A stretch of 64,000 bases of DNA from Chloroflexota bacterium. Its GTDB lineage: Bacteria; Chloroflexota; UBA11872; VXOZ01. Numbering within the stretch: the stretch's first letter is position 1; each line of letters starts with the position of its first letter. Both the position numbers and the translations under genes were made by a program. This document shows positions 1 to 9,782 of this stretch, in pieces. Below the pieces are notes generated by a model. That model ran no database searches. It was not told the origin of the DNA and saw nothing but the letters and a program-made list of their open reading frames with translations. The stretch spans positions 198,915 through 262,914 of the forward strand of contig CATQHC010000002.1 in the NCBI GenBank assembly GCA_958295775.1. Reading direction: 5' to 3'.

Positions 1-2
1 TG

Positions 3-77
3 GACCGCTTGGGGGCGGACTCGTTAGATAAAGACCAAGTGTTCTACGGAAACATGGCACGCATTCTTGGCATTTAG
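3..77 (+). CDS. C-terminal 24 codons of an upstream gene (5' end outside window); product unknown
   Basis: Frame 3 is open from the window edge to the TAG at 75-77 (…DRLGADSLDKDQVFYGNMARILGI*); no homology recognised. Confidence 0.2.
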   Translation, partial: DRLGADSLDKDQVFYGNMARILGI

Positions 78-87
78 AGAGTATGCG

Positions 88-906
88 ATGACCGACTACG
101 CTTTTGCCGCCATCCCCATGCTGGAGCAACCTGCTAAGCCTCGCACAGCCGGCCAAACCATGATGATCGACTTTGGGCTCGGTCTCGGCCAGCAGGCGGA
201 CATACTTGCGCTCGCGAGTGAATATATCGATTCTGCCAAACTCGCCGTGGGCGTCGCGCGACTTTTGCCGCGCGGCCTAGTCATGCAGAAGATCGAGAGC
301 TACAAGCAATTCGAGGTGCTGCCGTACCCAGGTGGTCAATTCCTTGAGTACGCTGTGCTCTGTGATAAAGTGGATGCCTACCTGGCGGAGGCAAGGGAGT
401 TGGGTTTTCGTGCTATAGAGGTGTCCGATAATCTGCTTTCAATCACATTGGACGAGAAACGGGGTCTCATCGCAAAGGCTATAGAGATGTATGGCCTGGA
501 AGTCTTCGGCGAAGTGGGCAAGAAAGAGGGGCTGGCCGTTACTGTTAGCCTAGAGGACGACATTCGGGCATGCCTTGAAGCCGGCAGCAGTAAGGTGCTT
601 GTCGAGGCGGCGGAGATATTCTCCCATGGTCGTGACAAAACGCTGGCTACACAGCTTGTGGATGCTGCGCCGCTCGAGAAGCTCATGTTCGAACTCACGG
701 GCCCCTGGATCGATGGCACTGCGTATGCCGAACCGGATTCACTCGCCCGTTGGCTGATGGAGACATTCGGCCCTGACGTAAACATCGGCAATGTGCAACC
801 GGAGAGCCTGCTCCGAATTGAGACGGCACGCAGGGGCTTGGGCGTCAACGCCGGAGGGGAACTTCCCAGCGGTCTGAGTAATATCGGCGATACCGAGAAT
901 AGTTGA
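88..906 (+). CDS. (2R)-phospho-3-sulfolactate synthase (ComA family)
   Basis: Strong similarity to archaeal ComA along the whole length (PYPGGQFLEYA, GFRAIEVSDNLLSITLDEKR, GEVGKK, LRIETARRGLG). The ORF track starts at TTG 67; the first ATG is at 88. Confidence 0.75.
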   Translation: MTDYAFAAIPMLEQPAKPRTAGQTMMIDFGLGLGQQADILALASEYIDSAKLAVGVARLLPRGLVMQKIESYKQFEVLPYPGGQFLEYAVLCDKVDAYLAEARELGFRAIEVSDNLLSITLDEKRGLIAKAIEMYGLEVFGEVGKKEGLAVTVSLEDDIRACLEAGSSKVLVEAAEIFSHGRDKTLATQLVDAAPLEKLMFELTGPWIDGTAYAEPDSLARWLMETFGPDVNIGNVQPESLLRIETARRGLGVNAGGELPSGLSNIGDTENS

Positions 907-921
907 AGAAGAGGACCGGCA

Positions 922-1980
922 TTGGATCTAGATCACGTCTATCGCGGCAAGCGCGTGCTTGTCATTGGCGGACTAGGGTTTATTGGCAGCAATCTGGCGC
1001 AGCATCTGGTGCGGCTTGGCGCCCAGGTGCTCATCATCGATTCGCTGGTGCCGGACCATGGCGGCAACATGTACAACATTGCCAACATTCGCGACAAGTT
1101 GGCAGTAAACATCACTGATGTGCGCGACCAGCACGCCATCAACTTCCTTGTCCGCGGGCAGCACTACATCTTCAACCTTGCGGGTCAGGTAAGTCACATT
1201 GGCAGCATGGAAGACCCCTTGGCGGATAACGATATCAATGCCCGTTCGCAAGTCTATCTGCTTGAAGCCTGCCGACAGCACAACTCGCAAGCCCGAGTGG
1301 TATATACGAGTACTCGACAGTTCTACGGCGTGCCGAAATATGTGCCCGTTGACGAAGCTCATCCCATCGAGCCGACTGACGTGAACGGCATTACCAAGTG
1401 GGCAGGTGAGCAGTACCACTTGGTCTATCACCGCGCCCATGGCATTCCAACCACAGCGCTGCGCTTGACCAATGTCTACGGCCCGCGGCAGGTGCTGAAA
1501 GATGCGGAAGGCCGCATGGGTGTCATCTACCATTTTGTGCGCAAAGTGCTTGCAAGTGAGAGGCTTAGAGTATTTGGGTCCGGCGAGCAATTGCGCGACT
1601 ACGTTTACGTAGATGACGTGGTTGAGGCGTTGCTGCTGGCAGGCGCGCACGATGAGGCGATTGGTGAAGTCTTCAATGTCGGCGGCCTGCGTCCGGTCAG
1701 CCACTTGCAGCTTGTGCAACTGCTCTTGGAAGCGGCAGGGCTCCCCACCGACCAGTATGAGCTTGTTCCTTTCCCGCCTGAGCGCAAGGCCATCGACATC
1801 GGCAGCGTCTACCTCGATTCCACGAGGATCAGGGAAGCCATAGGGTGGGCGCCAACGACGGACTTGGCAGAGGGACTGGCGCAAACGTTTGCGTACTATT
1901 ACGAGCATAAAGCTGCATATTGGGATGCAGAGATGGTCGCGACGCTGCAGGAGGGCAGTTTACAGGCGGGCAACGCATAG
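922..1980 (+). CDS. NAD-dependent nucleotide-sugar epimerase/dehydratase (extended SDR)
   Basis: N-terminal Rossmann motif VLVIGGLGFIGSNL; TTG start preceded by aagagga; conserved YxxxK region. Confidence 0.7.
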   Translation: MDLDHVYRGKRVLVIGGLGFIGSNLAQHLVRLGAQVLIIDSLVPDHGGNMYNIANIRDKLAVNITDVRDQHAINFLVRGQHYIFNLAGQVSHIGSMEDPLADNDINARSQVYLLEACRQHNSQARVVYTSTRQFYGVPKYVPVDEAHPIEPTDVNGITKWAGEQYHLVYHRAHGIPTTALRLTNVYGPRQVLKDAEGRMGVIYHFVRKVLASERLRVFGSGEQLRDYVYVDDVVEALLLAGAHDEAIGEVFNVGGLRPVSHLQLVQLLLEAAGLPTDQYELVPFPPERKAIDIGSVYLDSTRIREAIGWAPTTDLAEGLAQTFAYYYEHKAAYWDAEMVATLQEGSLQAGNA

Positions 1981-1981
1981 C

Positions 1982-3145
1982 ATGACCGCATCTATAGACA
2001 AGCCTCGAACCAACGTCCCCCAGTTCACCACCGAACGGCAATTCTCTGCTATTGAAGCTGAAGTCAGGCGGGCAATTGAGAGAGTCCTCGCTTCCAATTG
2101 GTTTGTGCTGGGCAACGAACTACAGACTTTCGAGCAGGAGTTTGCGCATTACTGTGGGGTCTCAGAGTGTGTCGGTGTGGGGAACGGTACGGATGCAATC
2201 GAACTTGCGCTGCGGGCATGCGGCATCGGAGCGGGCGATGAAGTCATCATCCCGGCGTTCACGGCTAACTTTACCGCGCTTGCGGTGACCGCTACGGGTG
2301 CAACTCCCGTGCTGGTGGACGTTTCTGCCGAGACCGCGACGCTGGACCCGGCGCGCATTGCGCTAGCGATTACGGGGGCGACTAAGGGGATCGTGCCGGT
2401 GCATCTTTACGGGCAGCCGGCGGACATGGACGCCATCAACGCGATAGCAAAGCAGCATAGCCTATGGGTAGTTGAAGACGTAGCGCAGGCCCATGGCGCA
2501 ACGTACCGGGGTCAACCGGTCGGCAGCCTCGGCGATTTGGGCGCATTTAGCTTCTACCCAACGAAGAATCTGGGGGCATACGGCGATGGCGGCGCTGTGG
2601 TGACTGACAATCCCGATCTCGCGGCCCGCCTGCGAGTGTTGCGGCACGGTGGCATTGCCGAAGGCTACATGAGTGTCGTCAAGGGGCGAAACTCGCGCCT
2701 CGACGAGTTGCAAGCAGCAATTCTGCGAGCGAAGCTGCCGCACCTCACTGTCTGGAGCGAGCGCAGGCGTGAAATTTCCCGGCGGTATACCGAGGCTTTC
2801 AGCCACCTTGAAGGACTGGAGACGCCATTAGAAGGGGCTGAACGCTACCATGTGTACCATCTCTACGCCATCCAGAGCGCAACGCGGGATGCCTTGGCGT
2901 CGTACCTGGCTGAACGCGGCATCGGCACGAAAGTGCATTACCCTCATGCCTTGCACCAGCTTGATGCCTATCCCGAGTGGAAAGAGTTTGCGGGGCAGTT
3001 TCCCGTTGCCGAGCAGCTTGCGCGCACGGTACTATCACTGCCTATGTTTCCGGAACTGACGGACGATGACGTCAATGCCGTGTGCAATGGCGTGCGAGGT
3101 TTCTTTGAAGACTCACGGAACGGTAGTCGAGCGAGGACAGAATAG
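1982..3145 (+). CDS. DegT/DnrJ/EryC1/StrS-family PLP-dependent sugar aminotransferase
   Basis: ATG at 1982 overlaps the upstream stop (TAGCATG); family motifs LGNELQTFEQEFA, FSFYPTKNLGAYGDGGAV (PLP lysine); the ORF track extends the frame back to 1889. Confidence 0.75.
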   Translation: MTASIDKPRTNVPQFTTERQFSAIEAEVRRAIERVLASNWFVLGNELQTFEQEFAHYCGVSECVGVGNGTDAIELALRACGIGAGDEVIIPAFTANFTALAVTATGATPVLVDVSAETATLDPARIALAITGATKGIVPVHLYGQPADMDAINAIAKQHSLWVVEDVAQAHGATYRGQPVGSLGDLGAFSFYPTKNLGAYGDGGAVVTDNPDLAARLRVLRHGGIAEGYMSVVKGRNSRLDELQAAILRAKLPHLTVWSERRREISRRYTEAFSHLEGLETPLEGAERYHVYHLYAIQSATRDALASYLAERGIGTKVHYPHALHQLDAYPEWKEFAGQFPVAEQLARTVLSLPMFPELTDDDVNAVCNGVRGFFEDSRNGSRARTE

Positions 3146-3151
3146 CTGGCA

Positions 3152-3898
3152 ATGGAGCGCGAAGCCTATGATGCAATGTACCACCTTGAGGATGAATTCT
3201 GGTGGTATGCGGGTATGCGTGCGCTTACCAGCGTGCTCCTCGCGGATATTGAATTAACGGCAGATGGGCCGAGAGTATTGGACGCAGGTTGTGGGACCGG
3301 TGCGAATCTAACCCACTTTGCTTCTCTCGGCAGCCTCACCGGCATAGACATCGATGCGGGTGCGCTCGCATACTGTCGCCAGCGTCACATAGAGGCTTTG
3401 GTGCAGGGATCCGTAACAAGCCTGCCGTTTGCTTCAAGCTCGTTCGATCTACTGTACTGCTTTGAGGTTCTCTACCATGCGCAGGCGGTGGCGGATGTTG
3501 CGGCGCTTCGCGAGTTTTGGCGTTTGCTGACGCCCGGCGGCTACTGTGTAATTCGCCTACCCGCCTACCAATGGCTCATGAGCGCACATGACGTCGCAGT
3601 TCATATGCAGCACCGCTATACTGCGGGGGAAGTGCGCGCGAAGGCTCTGTCTGCGGGTTTTGTGGTGGAGCGGATTACCCATCTGAATACAGTCCTGCTG
3701 CCGTTGGCCATTCTACGGCGACTAGTGACAAAGCTAAGCGGCGAAGGCAAGTCGGATGTGCAACCGGTGTGGCTGCCCCTAAACGCTGCGTTGCGGTGGC
3801 TCTTGTCGTTGGAGCGGCACTTCATAAAGCACTGGAATCTACCCGTAGGCCTCTCAGTCTGTGCCGTGCTGCGGAAACCGCCCGACGCCGGCGCCTAG
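3152..3898 (+). CDS. Class I SAM-dependent methyltransferase
   Basis: Motif I VLDAGCGTGANL; 4-nt overlap with the downstream convergent gene. Confidence 0.7.
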   Translation: MEREAYDAMYHLEDEFWWYAGMRALTSVLLADIELTADGPRVLDAGCGTGANLTHFASLGSLTGIDIDAGALAYCRQRHIEALVQGSVTSLPFASSSFDLLYCFEVLYHAQAVADVAALREFWRLLTPGGYCVIRLPAYQWLMSAHDVAVHMQHRYTAGEVRAKALSAGFVVERITHLNTVLLPLAILRRLVTKLSGEGKSDVQPVWLPLNAALRWLLSLERHFIKHWNLPVGLSVCAVLRKPPDAGA

Positions 3899-4596
3899 AG
3901 ATAGTGCTGGTCCAGTAGGCGCGGAAGATCTGCCAAACTAGCAACCGCGCGTATGTCTTCCGGCAATGGCTCAAAGTCCCGATTGAGCAAGACCGCATGC
4001 AGGCCTGCGTGCAGGGCGCCGTGGTAGTCGTTCTGGATGTCGTCACCAATGTAGAGCACGCGATCTGGTGGCACACCCAGTTGGTTAATTGCCTCATGAA
4101 AGATACTGGGGTGTGGTTTTGCTCTGCCAAAGTCGGCAGAGTTAACGAATACGCTGAACCAGTCAGCCAGGCCGAGATCTGCCAAGTGCGGTCGCAGCAA
4201 GGCATTATAGTTGCTCACCACGCCAAGCGCCAGCCCGCGCATTTTCAGTTGTTCAAGGGCCGATTCCGCATCGGCATAAGCGGTAAGTTTGAAGAGATCG
4301 ACCAGATGTTGGCGCATGCGGTCGCGGGGAAACTCTGAGAGGCCAAGTTCAGCCAGCACAAGATCGGTTGCCTCATACTCAAGCTCCCACAGCTCTTGCT
4401 CGTTGCGAATGTGAGGAAACTTTGCGCGGTACAGTCCTACTTCGGCGATGATCGCCTTCTCCGCAGTCTCACGGGCTATGCGAACACCGTCTGAGGCGAG
4501 AAGCCGGGAGAGATGGTCGGGTGGCGAGCCGGCCGACACCGGCGCAAAGAGAGTGCCGAATGCGTCCAGCAACACCGCGTCAAGAGTGCCTGCCAC
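3895..4596 (-). CDS. HAD-superfamily hydrolase, subfamily IA (haloacid dehalogenase-like; DxF in place of DxD)
   Basis: Motif I LLDAFGTLF, motif IV YIGDDIQNDYHGA; lacks the second Asp of phosphatase-type HADs. Confidence 0.6.
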   Translation of the reverse strand: MAGTLDAVLLDAFGTLFAPVSAGSPPDHLSRLLASDGVRIARETAEKAIIAEVGLYRAKFPHIRNEQELWELEYEATDLVLAELGLSEFPRDRMRQHLVDLFKLTAYADAESALEQLKMRGLALGVVSNYNALLRPHLADLGLADWFSVFVNSADFGRAKPHPSIFHEAINQLGVPPDRVLYIGDDIQNDYHGALHAGLHAVLLNRDFEPLPEDIRAVASLADLPRLLDQHYL

Positions 4597-4638
4597 GGTT
4601 TAGCTTCTCTCCAAGTGTCCAATGTTCCAAATTCCATG

Positions 4639-5424
4639 CTACCACCAACGCCAGGGCATGGGGTTTTCGTAAAAGTGTACCGGTATTTCTGGCAATTTAG
4701 ACTGAAGCGCTCGCGCAAACTGGGCCAGACCGGGATTCTCGCTCACCTCGTGGCTAGTTTCAATCATGGGCACGCCCGATTCTTGGGCAAAGTGCATGCC
4801 GTAGTTATCGCTCTCTCCTGCAATGAAAACGTCGCAGCCATACTTGAGAATAGACTGCATGTACCCGACGTTTACAAAGAGGCCCAAACCGCCCCAAGGC
4901 AGTCCAGCCCTCTGGACCGGAGCCGACGGATCGTGTGGTGTCGCGCGCACCGCTTCCATGCCCAGCGCGCCCTTGACTCGCTCCACAAGCGCGCCGTAGG
5001 TGGCGCCTGGCGGGAGGTCGTACGCCTTCAGGTAGGGACCTTCATCTGCCACGGGCGCGCCGAGGCCGAGTTTCTCGGCAAACGCAGTAAATATACAGTA
5101 CCGGTCCAGAGTCCCATGCACTCGCATAACCGTTATCCCCTGGCTTGAGAGCAGACCGATGCGTCGTTGGTTGACACGCCAGCTCAGATACTCCACCGGG
5201 GTAACGCTGTGCTGGGGGCGCCACGAGGGAAAGTAGAGGTCCTCATGGGCAACGATGAGATTGTCGCCGGCTTGCCCCGCATGCTGGATGGCATCGAGGC
5301 TTGCCATCCAGCAAACCTGAATCCCCTTTACTTCCTGCTCGCGGTCGCCAAAGAGAATCCCTTCGTCGCCGCCAAGAGCGCCGCAGGTGTCGCTGATTAG
5401 CTGTAGGACGTCTACCGCGCGCAT
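4639..5424 (-). CDS. Nif3-like dinuclear metal-centre protein (GTP cyclohydrolase 1 type 2 homolog family)
   Basis: N-terminal pattern GD.EQEVKGIQVCWMASLDAIQHAGQAGDNLIVAHEDLYF resembles the Nif3 signature; ATG at 5424. Confidence 0.45.
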   Translation of the reverse strand: MRAVDVLQLISDTCGALGGDEGILFGDREQEVKGIQVCWMASLDAIQHAGQAGDNLIVAHEDLYFPSWRPQHSVTPVEYLSWRVNQRRIGLLSSQGITVMRVHGTLDRYCIFTAFAEKLGLGAPVADEGPYLKAYDLPPGATYGALVERVKGALGMEAVRATPHDPSAPVQRAGLPWGGLGLFVNVGYMQSILKYGCDVFIAGESDNYGMHFAQESGVPMIETSHEVSENPGLAQFARALQSKLPEIPVHFYENPMPWRWW

Positions 5425-5785
5425 TTCTAGACCTTTCGCTTCGCCTCACTTGCATGATTACGTCCGCTGCATCATGATAGCGAATATCGATGGAGATAGC
5501 CGAATGTGTTTGATCTTATTATCACTTGTCTAATTTGATTGGTCAGGAGAAGGGTTCAGATGCGATGGGCTCGCGCTGAGCCTGTGACTAGACTAACGGA
5601 ATGAAGGAAAGAGGCATGAGTGCGCGCAAGCAATATCCAAGGGAGCTCGTGCTCGCCTTGGCAAGCGACAGTTGCCTCTACAGAGAGAATCGCCTGCTTA
5701 TAGATTGGGTTTCCGCACGTATGCGTGCAAGACTGCAATGTGGGAAGAGAAGCGATACAGTTAGCCAGCTATCAAGGATTCAACG

Positions 5786-7147
5786 ATGCGGCGTGTAGAA
5801 TTGCGGGGAACGAGAGAGGACGAAATCCTGCCGGAACGAGCGCCACTGTGGGCGGGTGCGGCCAAATCGCAAATTACGCCACCGGTCGGCGGTCTGCTGC
5901 AGAGCGGCATGACGGTCACGTCGGTCGGTGTGCTCGACGACCTCTACAGTACCGCCGTGGTCTTGGACGACGGCGCGACTAAGGTTGCGCTGGTTGGCAA
6001 CGATCTCATCTACATGGAAGCATCGTTGGCAGCGGCAATCCGGGCGTGCATCGCCGAGCAGGTGGGAATTGCGGGAGACAATGTCCTCCTGAACGCGTCC
6101 CACACCCACTCGGGGCCAAGCATCTCAGTGCTTTCGCCGGACCCCGTGGACATGGAGTACCGAGAGTGGGTAGTTCAGCGCATCGCCGATACGGTGGCGC
6201 GCGCGGACGCAGCGTTGGAGCCTGCCTCACTCGCCATCGGGGAGGCTGAAGGCATGTTTGCCATCAATCGCCGTAAGGTTGTCGATGGCACGTCCAGCAT
6301 GCTGCCCAACTATGAGGATACTGTTGACAACCGGGCGCGGGTAATTCGCCTGGACCGCCTGGACGGCTCCTTGCTTGCCATAATCTTCTCCGTGGCTTGC
6401 CACGGCACCGGCTTTGACTATCGCGGCAACCCACTTATCGGTGGTGACTTTATCTCACCGGCCAAAGACGAGATTGAGCGGTCCTTTGCCGCGGAAGGGT
6501 CGCCGGTTGCGGTCTTCTTGACTGGCTGTGGCGGCAACATCCGCCCGCGCGTGCTCACGCCGGATGGCGACCGTTTCCATCCCTGCACAGCAGCAGAGAT
6601 TCAGGCGCTTGGCCGGGGCGCCGGCGCGGTAGCCGTGCGTGCGGCGCGGGAGAGCCACATGGCTGTGGGCTATCCCATTGCTGTCGCCCGAGAGCAGCTT
6701 CCCCTGCCCTTCCAGGATCCGCCCACAATTGAAGAGCTCAAGTCATATCGTACGGAATCCGGCCGCAATCGCTGGCTCACGTGGGCAGACTACCTCATCG
6801 AGAAGCTGGAGAACGGAGAAGAGCTGCCGCAAACCGTTGACATGGAAGTTCAGATAATACGGCTTGGCGGCGTATGCATTGTCGCCATGGGCGGCGAGGT
6901 CTTTGTAGAAATTGGATTGGCCATCGAGCGGGCGCTGCAGGACAGCCACCAGGCGCAGATGGCGCTCACCCTCGGCTATAGCAACTCGGAAGTAGGTTAC
7001 GTCTGCACGGCCAAGTCCTATCCTGAAGGCGGCTCCGAACCGGCGGACTTCTACCGGTGGTTCTGGTACCCGGCGCCGTTCAAGCCTGAGACCGAGGGCT
7101 TTGTCGTAGGCCGCGTCTTGGCGCTTGCCCAGCAGTTGTATGGATGA
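5786..7147 (+). CDS. Neutral/alkaline ceramidase N-terminal-domain family protein (paralog 1)
   Basis: ITPPVGG…GNDLIYMEASLAAAIRACIAEQVG…LNASHTHSGP matches the neutral ceramidase N-domain block; no signal peptide; ~450 aa, so lacks the ceramidase C-terminal tail domain. Confidence 0.55.
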   Translation: MRRVELRGTREDEILPERAPLWAGAAKSQITPPVGGLLQSGMTVTSVGVLDDLYSTAVVLDDGATKVALVGNDLIYMEASLAAAIRACIAEQVGIAGDNVLLNASHTHSGPSISVLSPDPVDMEYREWVVQRIADTVARADAALEPASLAIGEAEGMFAINRRKVVDGTSSMLPNYEDTVDNRARVIRLDRLDGSLLAIIFSVACHGTGFDYRGNPLIGGDFISPAKDEIERSFAAEGSPVAVFLTGCGGNIRPRVLTPDGDRFHPCTAAEIQALGRGAGAVAVRAARESHMAVGYPIAVAREQLPLPFQDPPTIEELKSYRTESGRNRWLTWADYLIEKLENGEELPQTVDMEVQIIRLGGVCIVAMGGEVFVEIGLAIERALQDSHQAQMALTLGYSNSEVGYVCTAKSYPEGGSEPADFYRWFWYPAPFKPETEGFVVGRVLALAQQLYG

Positions 7148-7205
7148 TTGGAGTGGTTTTCCCAGAGGAAGACTCAAGAGAGCATGAAGAGAAAGAGGGG
7201 CGATA

Positions 7206-8600
7206 ATGTCCGGTAGCGTACGCATGGGAGCGGCTAAAGTCAACATAACTCCGCCCGTGGGCACGCATCTTGGCGGCTACGGCAATCGCAATCAGCCTTC
7301 GGATGACATTCACGACGAACTCTACGCCACCGCTTACGTGTTTACGGACGGAGACACTACTGCTGCCGTCATCGGCGCCGACCTCGTAGATATTTCCTTG
7401 CAGCGCACGCACGCCGTGCGCGAGAAGGTTACAGCGCTAACAGGAATTCCGGGTTCCCACGTGATGCTTGGCATGACCCATGCCCACAGCGGCCCAAATA
7501 CCAAAGACTGGGGGGCCGGGCTGCCGGGCGCGACCGTGCCGTATCCTGGCGGAATTCCCGACGAAGAACTGACCTATGCGCTGCCAATCCTGGATCCGGA
7601 CTACCTGGAAGAGCTGGAGAACAAGCTCGCGGGTGTCGTGGCGATGGCGATGCAGGGATTTCAGACCGTTTTAGGCGACATTGGGACCGGAGAGTACGGC
7701 CTTGCCATCAATCGCCGGGGCGAGCGGAACGGCGCAGTTGTCAATTGCCCGCGTCCCGACGGCCTGGTGGACCATTCGCTGCCGGTACTGCGCTTCGACA
7801 ACGAATCCGGCGAACCGGCCGGGATCATTTTCAATTACGCTTGCCATCCCACGAGCATGAGCGACAATTTCGCCATCAGCGCCGACTACATTGGGCCATC
7901 GCGATCTTTTGTAGAGGATGTATACGGTGATGACTGTGCGGTGGGCTTCCTGCTCGGCTGCCACGGTGACATTCGCCCCAACTACACCGACGAAGCGGGT
8001 AGCTTTCGCTCGGCTGTATTTGCGGAGCTTGAGCGCGAAGGGCGCATCATGGGTGCGGAGGTCGTGAAGGTACGGGAAGGTATTTCTCCCAAGTATTTAG
8101 ACGGTGTAGCGGCGGTCAGCGTGCCCATCGTCGCCCCCTTTAGTACGCCGCCAACGGCCGCGTATCTGCGCGAAGCTCTTGCAAGCGGCGCGTTCCCCGA
8201 CACCGGGAGACGCCTGCCCTTCTGCAAGGCACGTTGGGCGCAACGCATTCTCCGCCAAATCGAAGCGGGCACATTGGCCGATGGCTTGGAGACCGAGCTA
8301 CAGGTGATTCGTGTCGGACATCTGGTGTTCGTGGGCTTCCCCGGTGAATTCTTCCTTGAGTACGGCATGGAAACCAGAACGCGGGTGAAAGATATCTTTG
8401 GCCTCGACGTCGTCCACGTGAGTATGGCGAATGATATGATCGGCTACGTGCCGTCGGACCGTGAGATTCCTCGCGGCGGCTACGAGGTTGGCTCCTATCA
8501 GGATGACGAACTGGCCCCGTCTCACTATGCTTTGGGGACGCAGGGCCTCTTTGTAAATCGTGCGGTTGAACTCGTCGCGTCCACCTTGCCGCGTACTTGA
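7206..8600 (+). CDS. Neutral/alkaline ceramidase N-terminal-domain family protein (paralog 2)
   Basis: GGYGNRNQPSDDIHDELYATAYVF…GADLVDIS…GMTHAHSGP aligns with the GYA..Q.S.GI.DRL.SRAF…HTHSGP block of eukaryotic neutral ceramidase; paralogous to the upstream gene. Confidence 0.6.
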   Translation: MSGSVRMGAAKVNITPPVGTHLGGYGNRNQPSDDIHDELYATAYVFTDGDTTAAVIGADLVDISLQRTHAVREKVTALTGIPGSHVMLGMTHAHSGPNTKDWGAGLPGATVPYPGGIPDEELTYALPILDPDYLEELENKLAGVVAMAMQGFQTVLGDIGTGEYGLAINRRGERNGAVVNCPRPDGLVDHSLPVLRFDNESGEPAGIIFNYACHPTSMSDNFAISADYIGPSRSFVEDVYGDDCAVGFLLGCHGDIRPNYTDEAGSFRSAVFAELEREGRIMGAEVVKVREGISPKYLDGVAAVSVPIVAPFSTPPTAAYLREALASGAFPDTGRRLPFCKARWAQRILRQIEAGTLADGLETELQVIRVGHLVFVGFPGEFFLEYGMETRTRVKDIFGLDVVHVSMANDMIGYVPSDREIPRGGYEVGSYQDDELAPSHYALGTQGLFVNRAVELVASTLPRT

Positions 8601-8813
8601 GCCTCAAGTATCGGGTTTCCCTGCGCATGGAGGATCCTGCCCGTAGCCCGTATCGACGGCATTGCGCTTGCGGGCCAGACGCAGTCGTCTAGAGATTGTT
8701 GGCAAGTGCAGCCGGTGCATGTGGATTGGCGGCACAGCCACTGCTTGCCACCCTTGGTCAGGTCTTGCAAATAGCTACGAATACATTCAGCTCCCAATAC
8801 TAGAGAGCCCCGC

Positions 8814-9782
8814 ATGCAGACACCCATCGAACCCGGTATTTTTCTTCCCTCGCTGGAGCTTTGGCTCGATTCGCGGAGAGTCAAACCGGAGGGTTTCATC
8901 TCTCACGCGCATAGCGACCACCTTGCCTCGCATCATCATGTTCTTGCCACGGCAGAGACCATAGCCCTGGCCGCACAGCGCATGAAGATCAAGCAGGCAA
9001 TGCCGCTAAGCTACGGCGAGCCGCTAGAACGGGACGACTACACGCTGACCCTCTATCCGGCCGGCCACTGCCTGGGCGCGGCCCAAGTTGCCATTGACGT
9101 CCACGCGAGCGGCGAACGCATCGTATATACCGGCGACTTGCACTTGGGGCACGATCTCTTTGGGCGGCCCGCCACGCCGCTGGCGTGCGATACGCTTATC
9201 ATCGATGCCACCTTTGGACATCCCGCGTATGTGTTCCCAGCGCGCGCGAGCGTGATTGACGATGTTTGCGCGTGGGTCAGGGAGACTCTGCGCAACGGAG
9301 AAGTGCCTGTGGTGCTTGCCTACAGCCTGGGCAAAGGGCAGGAGGCCCTCCACATCTTGTTGGAAGCGGGCTTCAACGTTCAGGTGCACGAATCAACCTA
9401 CGCGATGACAGCAGTCTACCTGCAAATGGGCGCAAAGTTTCCAGGGCGATTGCAGCGTTGGCGGGGCAAGCGCGAGGAGGGTACCGTGGTGCTTATGCCG
9501 CCCCATGTACGCAACCGGCGTGAGACCTTTGCCCTGGAGCCCTTTCGCACGCTCCTGCTTAGTGGTTGGGCAATAGATCCTTCTTGCAAGTATCGAATGC
9601 GCGTCGATGAAGCGCTGCCATTGAGCGACCACTGCGACTGGATTCAGCTCAACGAATATGTGGAGCGCGCCCAACCACAGCGCATATTCACCATGTTCGG
9701 TCCGCAGCACTTTTCCGCCCATTTGCGAGATAAGGGAATGGACGCCTGGCCGCTTGAAGCCCACCAAGCGGCGCTCTTCTAG
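8814..9782 (+). CDS. MBL-fold beta-CASP family nuclease (ligase-associated DNA-damage-response exonuclease-like)
   Basis: SHAHSDH (HxHxDH), YPAGHCLGAAQV, VYTGDL, DTLIIDATFG, VVLAYSLGKGQEAL are beta-CASP-like motifs; compact at 322 aa. Confidence 0.5.
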   Translation: MQTPIEPGIFLPSLELWLDSRRVKPEGFISHAHSDHLASHHHVLATAETIALAAQRMKIKQAMPLSYGEPLERDDYTLTLYPAGHCLGAAQVAIDVHASGERIVYTGDLHLGHDLFGRPATPLACDTLIIDATFGHPAYVFPARASVIDDVCAWVRETLRNGEVPVVLAYSLGKGQEALHILLEAGFNVQVHESTYAMTAVYLQMGAKFPGRLQRWRGKREEGTVVLMPPHVRNRRETFALEPFRTLLLSGWAIDPSCKYRMRVDEALPLSDHCDWIQLNEYVERAQPQRIFTMFGPQHFSAHLRDKGMDAWPLEAHQAALF

